A DNA stretch of 64,000 bases from Macrostomum lignano (lineage: Eukaryota): NCBI GenBank assembly GCA_002269645.1, contig NIVC01001414.1, forward strand, positions 124,001 to 188,000, in the 5' to 3' direction. A program made the translations under genes and the position numbers. How positions within the stretch are numbered: position 1 is the first letter of the stretch; every line of letters starts with the position of its first letter. The notes beneath the pieces were generated by a model. It was given only the letters and a program-made list of their open reading frames with translations, was not told the origin of the DNA and did not search any database. Shown piece after piece: positions 39,785 through 51,260 of this stretch.

Positions 39785-40246
39785 GTGTACCCCACGGTGA
39801 TTCGCAGTCTCGGGCTGGGCATCTGCTCAGCCATGGCTCGCCTGGGCTCCATGACAACGCCATTTGTTGCCCAGGTGATCATGCCGGATGTGAGCGTGCT
39901 GCTGGCCTTCATCATCTACCTGATGGTGGATCTCAGCTGTGCTGGGCTCTGCGTGCTGCTGCCCATCGAGACCAGCGGCCGCGCCTTGGCGCACAGCCTG
40001 GAGCTGCCGGATGTGAAATTCTCAGCCACTGCTGATGGAGCTGCTGCTGACGGGGCCTCAGCTGCTGATGGGGCCTCAGCTGCTGGTGGGGCCTCAGCTG
40101 CTGGTGGGGCCTCAGCTGCTGATTGGGCTGCTACTGATGGGGCTGCTGCTGATGGGGCCTCAGCTGCTGGTGGGGCCTCAGCTGGTGATGGAATTCACAA
40201 ACGGACTGACAAAAAAGGGGGCTTTGGGGAGAGCAAGACTGAGTGA
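39785..40246 (+). CDS. SVOP: SVOP-like transporter, exon 6 (terminal)
   Basis: [31 protein letters not shown]...[10 protein letters not shown]; stop TGA at 40244-46. The six exons sum to 1791 nt, i.e. 596 aa plus stop, with all phases compatible. Confidence 0.95.
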   Translation: MYPTVIRSLGLGICSAMARLGSMTTPFVAQVIMPDVSVLLAFIIYLMVDLSCAGLCVLLPIETSGRALAHSLELPDVKFSATADGAAADGASAADGASAAGGASAAGGASAADWAATDGAAADGASAAGGASAGDGIHKRTDKKGGFGESKTE

Positions 40247-40249
40247 CCT

Positions 40250-40274
40250 CAGTGTGTCTGTCTGTCTGTCTGTG

Positions 40275-40365
<91 letters not shown>

Positions 40366-40378
40366 GTGTCTGTCTGTG

Positions 40379-40410
<32 letters not shown>

Positions 40411-40446
40411 GGTTTGTCTGTCTGTCTGTCTGTGTGTCTGTCTGTG

Positions 40447-40485
<39 letters not shown>

Positions 40486-40486
40486 G

Positions 40487-40538
<52 letters not shown>

Positions 40539-40539
40539 G

Positions 40540-40590
<51 letters not shown>
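40250..40590. repeat. (TCTG)n microsatellite
   Basis: Direct; begins immediately after the SVOP stop codon. Confidence 0.97.
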
Positions 40591-41384
40591 CAACTTTTAA
40601 AATCGAAATCTGCACAGCTGTGAGCCCTGCTGCAATTCCCCTGCAGCAATTTTTTGAGCAGTTTTTATTGAGGCTGTGAGCTCCACAGATTTCCTGCATT
40701 CTCAGTTTTCACTAGCAAAATCCAAATTCTTGGCTTCGTGTTGTCCTTGTGATTTACCCATCTGCATCGCTTGTGAAATTCCACATTCCTAAGTCAAATG
40801 AAATTTTATATCAACTTCTGTGTGTTTTTACACTGTTTGACCAATGAAGGAGTTTTAATCACTGCGTTCTCTTTGTTGTTTTTTATTTATCCAGTTTATT
40901 TATATAATTTCATTTCACTACTGCACTACTGCTAGCTGTCAGTAGTAGTGGCGGACATGACAAATTTTCGTCTTGGTTGATTTCTAAATGCACTCGTTGA
41001 GTCACCCAGCAATCAGTAACTGAAGCTGCGGTGTCGAAGAGTATCCGCATGTAACGGTTAGATACACATTAAAGAGCTGCTCGCTGTTCGTAGTGAGCAC
41101 AGAAATGCCGTTCTTATCATTCTGTTGCTTTTATAAGCCTTGCTTATCTGTTTGATGCAAGAAAGATAGAACACAAGAGCTGAGAGGGACTGGAAGGCCA
41201 GAGTGGAAGATGGTCGACATCAAAGAATCGTCATGCCAACCATAAAAGACTTGCGGAGGAATCGCTGAAATGCTGCAGCTCATCATAAAGGGTTGCTCGG
41301 GTGCTCTGAGCCAAAGCTCGTTGGGGATCTCGCATCATAGATTATAGCTGCTTTCAGTTGTGATGCTTTTTTGCTTTTTTGAGA

Positions 41385-41870
41385 GAAGTAGACAGGAGAG
41401 GAGAGAGGGATAGACAGGAGATAGGAGAGAGGGGTAGACAGGAGATAGGAGAGAGGGGTAGACAGGAGATAGGAGAGAGGGGTAGACAGGAGAGAGGAGA
41501 GAGGGGTAGACAGGAGATAGGAGAGAGGGGTAGACAGGAGAGAGGGGTAGACAGGAGATAGGAGAGAGGGGTAGACAGGAGAGAGGAGAGAGGGGTAGAC
41601 AGGAGATAGGAGAGAGGGGTAGACAGGAGAGAGGAGAGAGAGGTAGACAGGAGAGAGGAGAGAGGGGTAGACAGGAAAGAGGAGAGAGGGGTAGACAGGA
41701 GAGAGGAGAGAGGGTTAGACAGGAGAGAGGAGAGAGGAGTAGACAGGAGAGAGGAGAGAGGAGTAGACAGGAGAGAGGAGAGAGGGGTTGACAGGAGAGA
41801 GGGGTGTACAGGAGAGAGGGGTAGACAGGAGATAGGAGAGAGGGGTAGACAGGAGAGAGGAGAGAAGTTT
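41385..41870. repeat. GA-rich minisatellite (GTAGACAGGAGAGAGGAGAGAGGG)n
   Basis: Related in core (ACAGGAGA) to the arrays at 1-2812 and 38850-39420. Confidence 0.9.
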
Positions 41871-43429
41871 AGATAGAAGGGAGATGTAGATAGGAAAGAG
41901 TACTGAGAGCACTGAGTGTGCCAAGCACAGCAGCACTGAGAAAGAACCAAGCCTGACAACTGTGTGCCATGCGTCAGACACTCCCACCTTTTCAAGCCGC
42001 TGATAGAGATTTAATAATGTTAGCACTAACCTATAATTAGTATTTACATTTTAACATATTGTTTTTTTAATTTAGTTTCTTTCAAACTGAGTAGATGGCA
42101 TTAAAATTGTTCAATTTATGCTAAAGTACAGAGTAAAAAGGTAAAATTACATGCGCTCGTGTCAAGTTTCAGCAATGCAAAGATTCCCAAAGAAGCTTCG
42201 CAACAAAGACGTGAAACATTCGGGAAAATCAAAACGGTGCAGTGAGAGCAGCAGTTGCTGTAAGCCACGCTTGTGAAGGTGCTGGGTGGCTTTTCCGTTC
42301 TCGAAACGCCAGTACGAAGTAAAACATGCTTCCATGGCATTCCATAGCAATTAAAGCACCCTACGAATAATTTATGGATGAGGGAATACCCAAATATTGC
42401 AGGTTAGTCTCTATTCTAAACAGATTTTTCAGTCATCTTTATAGCATTTAGGCTACTGGTTTTATTTTTAGCACAAAATTTCTAGTGAATTGGTAGATGT
42501 GGTATGTTGGTAGAATTCGCTGTCACCAGGTTCCTGCTTTCCCTAATTCTAGTATTTAGATATTAAAGAAGTCAGTCAGGACATCGATTGTAAATTTAAC
42601 ACATTTTTATAGAAAAGTCAAATAAAAAACGTAAGTTGTACAAAAGTTGTTTACATTAAATTCCTATTCCCTTTTATGCTTTTGGGCAAGACGCCCAATA
42701 ATGTTTCGAGGCCAGACTCCTCTTGTGCAAACTAATTGTTATTCCCTTATTTTTTCCTTTTCTTACCAGATTTCTTAATTTTTCGAAGATTGGGTTGCGC
42801 ACACCCCGCTGAGCTTTCTTTCCCCCCGAGATTTTTTTTCATTCAATAAGAAGGGCTAATGGAAAAGAGCCCGGGGCCTCAGCCCTTGGAAGGTCTCTTG
42901 CGCAACTTTATGTTTGAAAATTCGAAGTTATTGTTATAAATTTTTATCCGATTTGCAGGAGAAGCTAGGAATAAGCTTTCTTTTCCAGAGAACTAACTAA
43001 CTAAATAAGTAATAAGGCGCCTCAGCCAATGAACAGGCTCTTACGCCACTAAGAAATTCAGTTTGTTGTTGTTAAACGATTGGTCTAGAAAGTCTCAGAC
43101 CTCGGATCAGCCCGAGAAGGGCTCTGCCAATATATTGTATTATTTAAACGACTTAGTTTGATACACGATAAATAAAATTAATCGAAAATTAATACTGAAT
43201 ATTACATTTTGGGTCCTCACAAAGATCTGGATCAGGTACAGTACAGGGGGAAGTGCAGTCAATATTTGGCAATTAAAAAAGAAATAAAAAAAATTGGCTG
43301 TGTACAGATGGCTATTTTGGCATTACAAAATACTGGGAGCATGTAAAAAGGGCTACTATTAGTAGCAGCTCATTGGCACAATAATTTAGTTGGGGGTAGC
43401 CAAAAGTTTAGAAGTAAAGATGGTAAATT

Positions 43430-44070
43430 AGAGCATAGTGGAGTGTCTTTTTAAGCTTATTTTTTGGTGTAAAAAGGGCAAAAGCCGAGTAAAAAACGCA
43501 TTTGGCAAAGACGTAAAAAGGCGAGCGTATAAATATTGGGCAATAGTGTACAGATGCCTTTTGGTTTTTCCTATGTAGGAAATGCTCTGATCACTAGAGC
43601 AACAGAATTGATAGATGACACCAGCAGACAGAGCTCTAGGGGCCTTCGACTTCAACCTGCTAACAAACTGGCCGATTTTGGCGGTCTGAAACGCAGCCAT
43701 GACCCGAGAGTTGAAATACTTCAAGAAGGTTCTTTTAAGCTTCTTTTCCAGACTCAGGGACGGGACACCAAGGAATGGGAGTTTGATCAGCACATCACTG
43801 GAATTCGAACTCTTAGCTTCGTCTGTCAAACTAGACTCAGTCATTTTCTTAGTCAGAAATCTGTTCAGCACTTTACCAACAAAACCCCTAGAAAAACCAT
43901 TACGTTGAAAAATGTCAGTGAGCTTGACCACTTCTTGGTGGAAAGATTGCCAGGTACTACAGATATTGAACGCTTTGTGCATCATCCAACGGACAAGACC
44001 AGCCTTCCATTGGCGCGGGCACAACGCATTAAAGTTGAGCATGAGACTGCCCTACTATATTATAACTGCC
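43430..44070 (-). mobile_element. Penelope-like retroelement fragment (RT C-terminus/thumb and GIY-YIG endonuclease)
   Basis: LNFNALCPRQWKAGLVRWMMHKAFNICS...IFQRNGFS...KLPFLG...GVIYQFCCSSDQSISYIGKTKRHL. The VIY...YIGKT pair is the PLE GIY-YIG signature. 5'-truncated and frameshifted after RHL. Confidence 0.88.
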
Positions 44071-44288
44071 CTACTACATTACGTATTCAAGGCTCCGTAT
44101 AACAAAAGATGATCCAAACTCCTCAAGCCGCATCAGCTTCCAAGACAAAAAAAGGAACACCTCCACATGTAAAGTTGATAAAAGTAGTGTATAATGAACA
44201 TGGCGTGAGCAGAACGGGTTTGCCGAGACCCAAACGGCTGCTGGATCTGAATGAAGGCGAGCCAACAAGTGGCTCAGCTGCATCCCGG

Positions 44289-45229
44289 CTACAGCTTACT
44301 GCCCAGCAGGAACTCGTGCTCCAGCAGCTCCAGTGCAAAGCTTCTTTCCCTGCGGTCCTTGGCGATGCACCGGCTGTAGAAATCCCTCAGCTCTGCGGAC
44401 CGGCCGTCCGGCAGGGCGGGGGCGCGCCGCTCCTGTCGATCAGTTGGGTCATTTCTATGAAGATTTCAACGTTCGCGAACGGCCTCGCACCAGACGTCAT
44501 CTGGAAGACCGAGCAGCCGAACGCCTAGATGTCCGACTCTCTGCTGTACTGCACGCTGTCCGACTCTCCCGCTCCGAGCAGCTCTGGCGCCATGAAGTTC
44601 AGAGTGCCTTTGGGTGACTGAGTGGAGGCTGAGATGTGGCTGACTGACTGCTCCAACTTGATTGACAGACCAAATTCGATCAGCTGGATTCGCGTGTTGT
44701 CAGCACAAACAATTATGTTCGAGCAGTTGATGTCTCTGTGGATCACGGGCGGCTGCCGGCTGTGCAGGTAGAGCAGCGCGCGGCAGATCTGCGAGCGGTC
44801 GGTCAGTGAGCAGTCATCATTCATGGGAACATGGAACAGGAGCATCAAGGATGCACAATGCTCACCTGCTCGCTGAAGTCTCGAATCTTTGGCTCGTCCA
44901 GCGGCTTGTTGTCGATAAACCTCTCCAAGCTTCGGCCGTCCAGCAGCTCCATGAACACAACGACTGAGGCGTGCTCTAGCTGAGCGATGTGCAAGAACCT
45001 GACGATGTTGGGATGCCGCAGTTGGCACAGGTTTCTCTCGCTCTCGACAGCTATGTGGATCTCTGTGCTCACTGCGGTTTGGTCATCACCGAGCTGCACA
45101 GGCAGTCTGAGAGTCTTGGCAGCGCACGTGACGCCCGTGTCAGTTCGAACTTCGTGGACTTCGCCGAAGCCTCCGCGGCCGATGAACCGAACTTTGTCCC
45201 AGCGCTTCAGGAACAGGGGGCCTTCGGTT
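44289..45229 (-). pseudogene. MAP3K/STE11-like Ser/Thr kinase domain, disabled (duplicate copy A)
   Basis: IGRGGFGEV, CAAK, LRHPNIVRF, VFMELL, a 77-bp intron (44865-44789), VIHRDINCSNI, IEFGLS, KGTLNFMAPE. Then SDI*AFGC (TAG at 44525-27 where Trp is expected) and a frameshift near 44415-44425 before LPDGRSAELRDFYSRC. Confidence 0.88.
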
Positions 45230-45509
45230 CTGAGGGGATGCGAATTGAGGCAATGACGAAAAATTTACATTTAACTGTCTACCAAGTCCTCCAGCTGTGT
45301 GCTGGAGCTGTACTTTACCTGTGTGTGCTGTAGCTGTCGTCGACGAGCTGCACATGTGGTCTAAAAGTCTTTCAACACCGCGACGCCCGTGTCAGTTCGC
45401 ACTTCGAACTTTTTAGGCCTGTGGGATGCAAGTTTTGCTACGAGGGATAACTGTATCCTACACTTTTGTGTTGTACTCGTAGCTGTACGTGCTGTAGCTG
45501 TATGCTGTG

Positions 45510-45701
45510 GCCGTGTCTGTCTGTCTGGCTGTCTGTCTGTCTGTCTGTCTGTCTGTCTTTCTGTCTGTCTGTCTGACTGTCTGTCTGTCTGACTGTCTGT
45601 CTGACTGTCTGTCTGTCTGACTGTCTGTCTGTCTGCCTGTCTGTCTGTCTGTCTGCCTTTCTGTCTGCCTGTCTGTCTGTCTGCCTTTCTGTCTGCCTGC
45701 C

Positions 45702-45734
<33 letters not shown>

Positions 45735-45797
45735 TTCTGTCTGTCTGTCTGTCTGACTGTCTGTCTGTCTGACTGTCTGTCTGTCTGTCTGACTGTA

Positions 45798-45838
<41 letters not shown>

Positions 45839-45875
45839 GACTGTCTGTCTGTCTGCCTTTCTGTCTGCCTGTCTA

Positions 45876-45914
<39 letters not shown>

Positions 45915-45915
45915 T

Positions 45916-45954
<39 letters not shown>

Positions 45955-46005
45955 ATCTGTCTATCTGTCTGTCTGTCTATCTGTCTGTCTGTCCGTCTAT
46001 CTGTA
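45510..46005. repeat. (TCTG)n microsatellite
   Basis: Direct. Confidence 0.96.
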
Positions 46006-46459
46006 CCAGTGTATTTTGAAGGAACTCACGGCAGTGCTGGAGGCTCGTCTAAATACGTCTTGCCGTCGTACCTGAACAGGCAGTGCGGAGCTACGTGAGA
46101 ACCCTTGCTCTGTGCTAAATTTTGTCATCATTCTCTGTAAACTCACACTCTTTGTTTCTAATTTCTGACTCAGCAAAGTGCTTGCTGGTGTCTCACAGCT
46201 CACAGGCAGCTGAACATTAATATTCAACTGGCAATCTGCAGTCAAACTGCACAGCAAACTCCCTCAATGCAGCTCAGTCAGTCCCTGCTGCCCATTTAAA
46301 CTACAAAAATGCAAAAATGCCCACTCAGAGCAACTGCAGTCAGCTGCTCAATATTAAATCATAAATTACAGCATAATGTTTATCAATGATAAATCAAAGT
46401 CAGAGAGACATTCTCAGTCACCATGGAAACTCACCCACGCAGCAGCTCAGCCAGTTCGG

Positions 46460-47330
46460 CACCCTCTCGTACGGGTTCAGCCGTGCGAATTCAGGAAGCA
46501 GCCTATAATTCCTTTCGGACAACTTCTGGATGACCTTAACTTGTAAGGTCCCAGACAGACCGCTGAATCCAGCGGTCTTATGGTCTGGGTTTCAAACCCA
46601 CACCGACTCCACATTTGCCGACTTCAAAATTTGAGCTCCTCGAGTTACGGTCTTACTCGTAGTATTTCTTTTGTCTCTGCTGAGACTTTCCGCGAATATG
46701 GCGAGCCATGGCCGATACTTTGACCAACGTCTTCTGCAAGTAGTGCGCGTAGCACTCTGGGCTGAAGCGATCTTGCTTAGGCGGGGTTGCAGACGAGGTC
46801 AAGGGGCAGATTAAGTTCTCGGCCAAAGAATAGCTTCGCAGGCGAGAATCCTGTTGATTCTGCCAAGGTGGCGCGAATGGACATCGCTGCTAACTTTGCA
46901 GCTAGAGGCCCGTCAAACTGTCTATTCAGGCATATTGCCCTGGTTTGAGTTTTTACAGTTTGGATTGTGCGCTCTGCCTTACCATTAGCTTCAGGTCGTC
47001 TCGCAGTATGCGCAGCATATCGACCTCGAGCAGGCGAGTCAGTTCAATCATTACTTGATTTACAAGTATGAACGCAGTGCCATTATCTGTGACTAGCTGT
47101 TCCATTGCCCCGTACCTTGAGATCCACTCAGATAAGAGTGCAAATGCGGTCGTCTCAGCGGAGGAATCAGGGACAGGCAAAATCTCAATATAGCCTGTAA
47201 AGCGGTCTACCATGACTAGCAAGTACCTTAGACCATCTTGCTCGGCAAAGGGACCAGCATGATCAATGTGTACGACCTGGTTGGGGAACCCGGCCAGCGT
47301 AGGCTGCATTGATTCCTTGTTCTTAGTCAG
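46460..47330 (-). mobile_element. Ty3/Gypsy LTR-retrotransposon integrase remnant
   Basis: FPNQVVHIDHAGPF...RYLLVMVDRFTGYIE...AETTAFALLSEWISRYGAMEQLVTDNGTAF (rve D,D). Downstream frameshifted GKAERTIQT and TGFSPAKLFFGRELNLPLD motifs; multiple stops. Confidence 0.88.
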
Positions 47331-48283
47331 ACTTCAGTTCACCCAGCTGTAAAATGGGTTACAAGATAAAAACATGCGTGTAGTTTATTCCATTTTTTCC
47401 TTTCTTAGTTGGCTCCCCGGGTCGCAGATACCTAGCTTATGTCTATTTTTATCATTGGTCATTTCATAGCAGAGGCTCTAAAGGGCACTGACTGCCATTT
47501 TGCATCTCATTGTCTCAGCTGCCCCGCATCACCTCAGGCTTGGGGTGATCGCTCAGCTCACTGCTCACTGCCATTCTCACTCAGTCGCGGTCTGAATGCT
47601 CTGCCTGACAGAGCGGCGCCTGGATGTGGCTTAAATTCCTGCCGCATCTGACTGCCACCTGACTTGCTGCAGCTACAGTGAGAACAGAGCCTGACAACTG
47701 TGTCATGTGGCAGACATTCTGACCTTTTTCAAGCCACCGATAGGGATTTAAGAGTTATATGAAAGTCAGTATTGGTGTATACGATATTTAGTTGATAAGG
47801 TGCTTCAACCACTGTCTAAATAACTTATAATATTTTCAAACCGAAAGATTTTATGCTTAAGTAAGAAATCAGTAAAAGTTGAGATTCTCGTAAGCTTCAC
47901 CACTGAAAATCTGCTATGGTAGAAAAAATCTGGAAACTCAAAAAACATTTGAGAAAAGTTTTTCGTGCAGAGACAACTAAAACCCTGATTTGTCCCTGAT
48001 TTGGTGTTAGCAACCCTTCTGAAGGTGCTCGATGCGTGATTGGTGAGTGCTGGGTGCTGGATGGGTTCTGTACCGTAATTTGTGCCTTCTTGACGTTCCC
48101 GTGAATCTAACTAAAATTGGCAAAAGTTGAAATAGAAAAAAAGGCAAGGATAAAATTATGAAAATGTCAAAAGCCAAGTTTTGTGGGCTGGGCTGTCAGA
48201 TACAAACATTTAGTTGATTCTCAATTTACGCGTAAAATCTAAGATTCTAAATCTAAATCTAACAAGTTTATAAGCAATTCGGC

Positions 48284-48521
48284 TTAGTGCTGCCGGTTAG
48301 GCTTTTCTATCAGGAACTCCTGATCCAGCTGCCGTACTCGTACTACGGATCTTTTCCTCCTGCGGTCCTTGGCGGTGCAGCGCCTGGAGAAACCCCTCCG
48401 CTCTGTGGACCGGCCGTCCGGCAGGGCCGGCGCGCTACTCTTTATAAGTGGCACGGTCACCAGCCATGGATTGCGGTACTTAAAAAAAGGCCTCGCGCCG
48501 GAGGCCATCTGGCCTTCGGGT
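48284..48521 (-). pseudogene. Internally deleted kinase exon of duplicate copy B (acceptor plus kinase C-terminal tail only)
   Basis: Acceptor TTCCCACAG|ACCCGAAGGCC is paralogous to copy A CCCCTCAG|AACCGAAGGCC. It joins directly to AGATGGCCTCCGGCGCGAGGCC (subdomain IX-X, about 44500 in copy A). Confidence 0.8.
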
Positions 48522-48548
48522 CTGTGGGGAAATGAGGGATAAAATGCA

Positions 48549-48642
48549 TGCTGTAGCTGTGTGCTGTAGCTGTGTGCTGTAGCTGTGTGCTGTAGCTGTG
48601 TGCTGTAGCTGTGTGCTGTAGCTGTGTGCTGTAGCTGTGTGC
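48549..48642. repeat. 13-bp repeat (TGCTGTAGCTGTG)n
   Basis: About 7 units; a degenerate counterpart lies at 45290-45510. Confidence 0.9.
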
Positions 48643-48928
48643 TGAAGGAACTCACGGGAGTGCCAGAGGCTCGTCGAAGTAAATCTTGCACTCGTACCTG
48701 AATAGGCATTGCGGAGTCTGAGGTCAGGGAAATTCTATTTAAACTGCGTTTTTTGTCTGCTAAATGCTGTCTATTTGAACTAATCGTACAAAAATGTAAA
48801 AATGCCCGCTCAGAGCAACTGCAGTCAGCTGCTCAATATTCAATCATAAATTACAGCATAATGTTTATCACTCCTATCAGTGATAAATCAAAGTCAAAGA
48901 GACATTCTTGGTCGCCATAGAAACTCAC

Positions 48929-49413
48929 CCACGCAGCAGCTCAGCCAGTTCGCTGTTTCCCTCCTTTGTGGCCAAATCCAGCGCAGTCCTGCCGTCTCTG
49001 TTCTTCAGGCTCCAATCCGCCCCTGAGTCCAGCAGAACCCGACCGACTGCGGCGGTAGCGGCGGGGGGCGCAAGGAAGGCTGCCAGCATGAGGGGCGTAA
49101 AGTCACAGTCATTCCTGGCATTGGCGGAGGCTCCGGCAGCCAGCAGAGCGGAGGCTGCGGCAGAATTGCCAGCCTCGGCTGCACGGTGCAGGCAACTTTC
49201 AGCCCATGTATCCGCACAGGTGGGGTCACCCAGCTGCACCAGATGCTCCCACAGAGCCTCATCACCGCATGAGCTGTTGTAAGCTGCGTACATCAACGGG
49301 CTACGACCAAAAATGTCAGGCAGGTCGCAACTGCCGCGGGTCGCCGCTCGCCGCAGCCCCGCCGAGTCGCCCGCCTCGGCCAGCCGCTGCAGTTCCTGTC
49401 GATCCGCCTCTTC
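48929..49413 (-). CDS. Ankyrin-repeat gene exon (about 4 ANK repeats)
   Basis: GRSPLMYAA, ESCLHRAAEAGN, FTPLMLAA, GRTALDLA. TTTGCAG acceptor (phase 0), GG|GTGAGT donor (phase 2). Followed by a 20-nt micro-exon at 48717-48698. Confidence 0.85.
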
Positions 49414-49486
49414 CTGCAAAGGCGAGCGGGAAGTTTGAGCACAGCTGCTCAGCTGCAGCCGCATCGGCACCGCAGATGCCGCTCAC

Positions 49487-49547
49487 CTGGTTTGTCAGGC
49501 CGAAGATCACGCCAATTTCCTTCAGAAAAAGCCGCAGCCGCATCTCC
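49487..49547 (-). CDS. Ankyrin-repeat gene small linker exon
   Basis: TGTTGCAG|GGAGATG...AACCAG|GTGAGC. Phase 2 in and phase 0 out, which exactly bridges the flanking ANK exons. Confidence 0.7.
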
Positions 49548-49935
49548 CTGCAACAGCAAAATTGCGCATCGAATTTGCAATTTTCTCAACTCCGACAACT
49601 ACGATCGCCAAGTATAATTTCAGGTCATGACAGAATTTTCACGAATGATTTAGTAAACAGAAATTCCTAATTATCCTCCCAGTTCTCCATCTGCAGCTCA
49701 ACCCACACACTCACACTGCACACCGAGGCCTTACAGCTTCCATTCTCGACTCAGATCAACCGGCACTCCATTGGCTGGGAGGCAGCCAGCCAATCACAGC
49801 TCTCGCCCATCAAGCAGTCAGCCAGAGACAAGCTCAGCTGACTGGCTCTGATTGGCTGGCCTGAGACTGCAGCTCTGGCCACCCCAGCCGAATGCTGCAA
49901 AACTTGATGGACACAGCAGCGAACTGCTCACTCAC

Positions 49936-50472
49936 CGCTCGATGTAGCTGGCCAGCTCTGAGTGGCCGCTGAGCCTCGCCAGGTCCGAGGCCGTCCGACC
50001 CTCGCGATCCTTCTTTAAGTTTTCGTGCTGTTTGCACTCATTGAATCTTCTCTGCCTGAGCAGGTGCAGCAGGTGCTTGGCGCATTTCCAGCTTCCAGTC
50101 CGCGCCGCCTCCATCAGCGGAGTAGCGCCGTTGTCGTTCCGCAGCCACTTCGTATCGAACGACAGCAGCGTCAGCAGCCGCAGGTGGTCCCACCGGGCTG
50201 CCAGGTGCGCAGCCGTGTCGCCGTTCGCGTCAGCCGCCTTGGGGTTCGCGCCCAGCTCAAATAAGTACAAGATGCACTTTTCAGTGTGCACGGGAGTCTC
50301 AGGAGCGTCGGCCACCAGCATGAGGACGGTCCAACGAGCTGCATCAGCGCTGGTGACCAGCTGGCGCGTTGCCAGCCGCCGCACCTTGTCGAAGTCACCT
50401 TGGATGACATTGTGGGCGAGATTCTGGAGATCGGCTGCTGAGTCTGCTTGGTCGCTAGGCGAGCTGGCTCTC
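49936..50472 (-). CDS. Ankyrin-repeat gene exon (about 4 ANK repeats)
   Basis: WTVLMLVA, GDTAAHLAARWDH, GATPLMEAARTGS, GRTASDLARLSGH. TTTTCTAG acceptor and CG|GTGAGT donor (phase 2/2). Confidence 0.85.
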
Positions 50473-51029
50473 CTAGAAAATTTATTCTTGGCTAGTAAAC
50501 GTAACTAAATGACAAGTAATTGCTAGTAAATGACAGCTGTGATTTAACGTGGCTTTCTCATGAAACCTTTTTGCCTGTTTGTCTGTCTTTATGTGTCTTA
50601 TATTTTAGAATATATTAATATAGATTACAACATAGATAATATATAACTTCATAAAGTTTTTTAGTTTTACCTACATGTAAATGTTCATAAAGAGACGTTT
50701 ACATCGTGCGGTTGTAACTACTTTTATAAAATTCAAAAGCTTTAAAATAAATAAATTCTTATTCCTGGTTTTTAGAAATCGGAGCTACTCAACTTACCAG
50801 GGAGTTACATTACATTACAAGATTACTTGGAAGCAGTCAGTCTAATGCGAATGCCAGATGAAATTATGTTATAGTCTCTATGAGTAACTGGCATTTTTCT
50901 TTATTTTGAGCGTTTTAGTTGCGCTTGTCGAAAGTTCCACCCTCCAAGCGAATTGAATTTTTCTCACTTATTGCGAGTGACGCAACTAACGGCACGCGCG
51001 AAGCTTATTGCCACATGGGGTTGGCTTGG

Positions 51030-51260
51030 GTCTGCATTATGGTCCAGGATGACAACGCGCCGCTACAAGTTAGCTACAGCTGCACACTCTGCGCTGGCCT
51101 TCCCGGTCCCCAGACATGAATCCCATCGAGAATGTATGGGACTTCCTAAAACGCAGCATTCGAAAAGATAATCCACCAGAATGTTGCGAAGCTGCGTCAT
51201 GCCATTTAAAACGCTTGACAGCAGCTTCCCCAGGACTTTCTGCGCCGCCTCATCCTGGGG
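51030..51260 (+). mobile_element. Tc1/mariner transposase remnant inside an ANK-gene intron
   Basis: MVQDDNAP followed, after a frameshift, by RWPSRSPDMNPIENVWDFLKRSI, the DDE_3 WPxxSPDLNPIE signature. Confidence 0.75.

Noticed and set aside
42701-42727. Minus-strand CACAAGAGGAGTCTGGCCTCGAAAC downstream of the Penelope fragment as a hammerhead
   Set aside because: The stem II/GAAAC half is present, but the CTGANGA core is mutated (CACAAGA). At most a dead relic.
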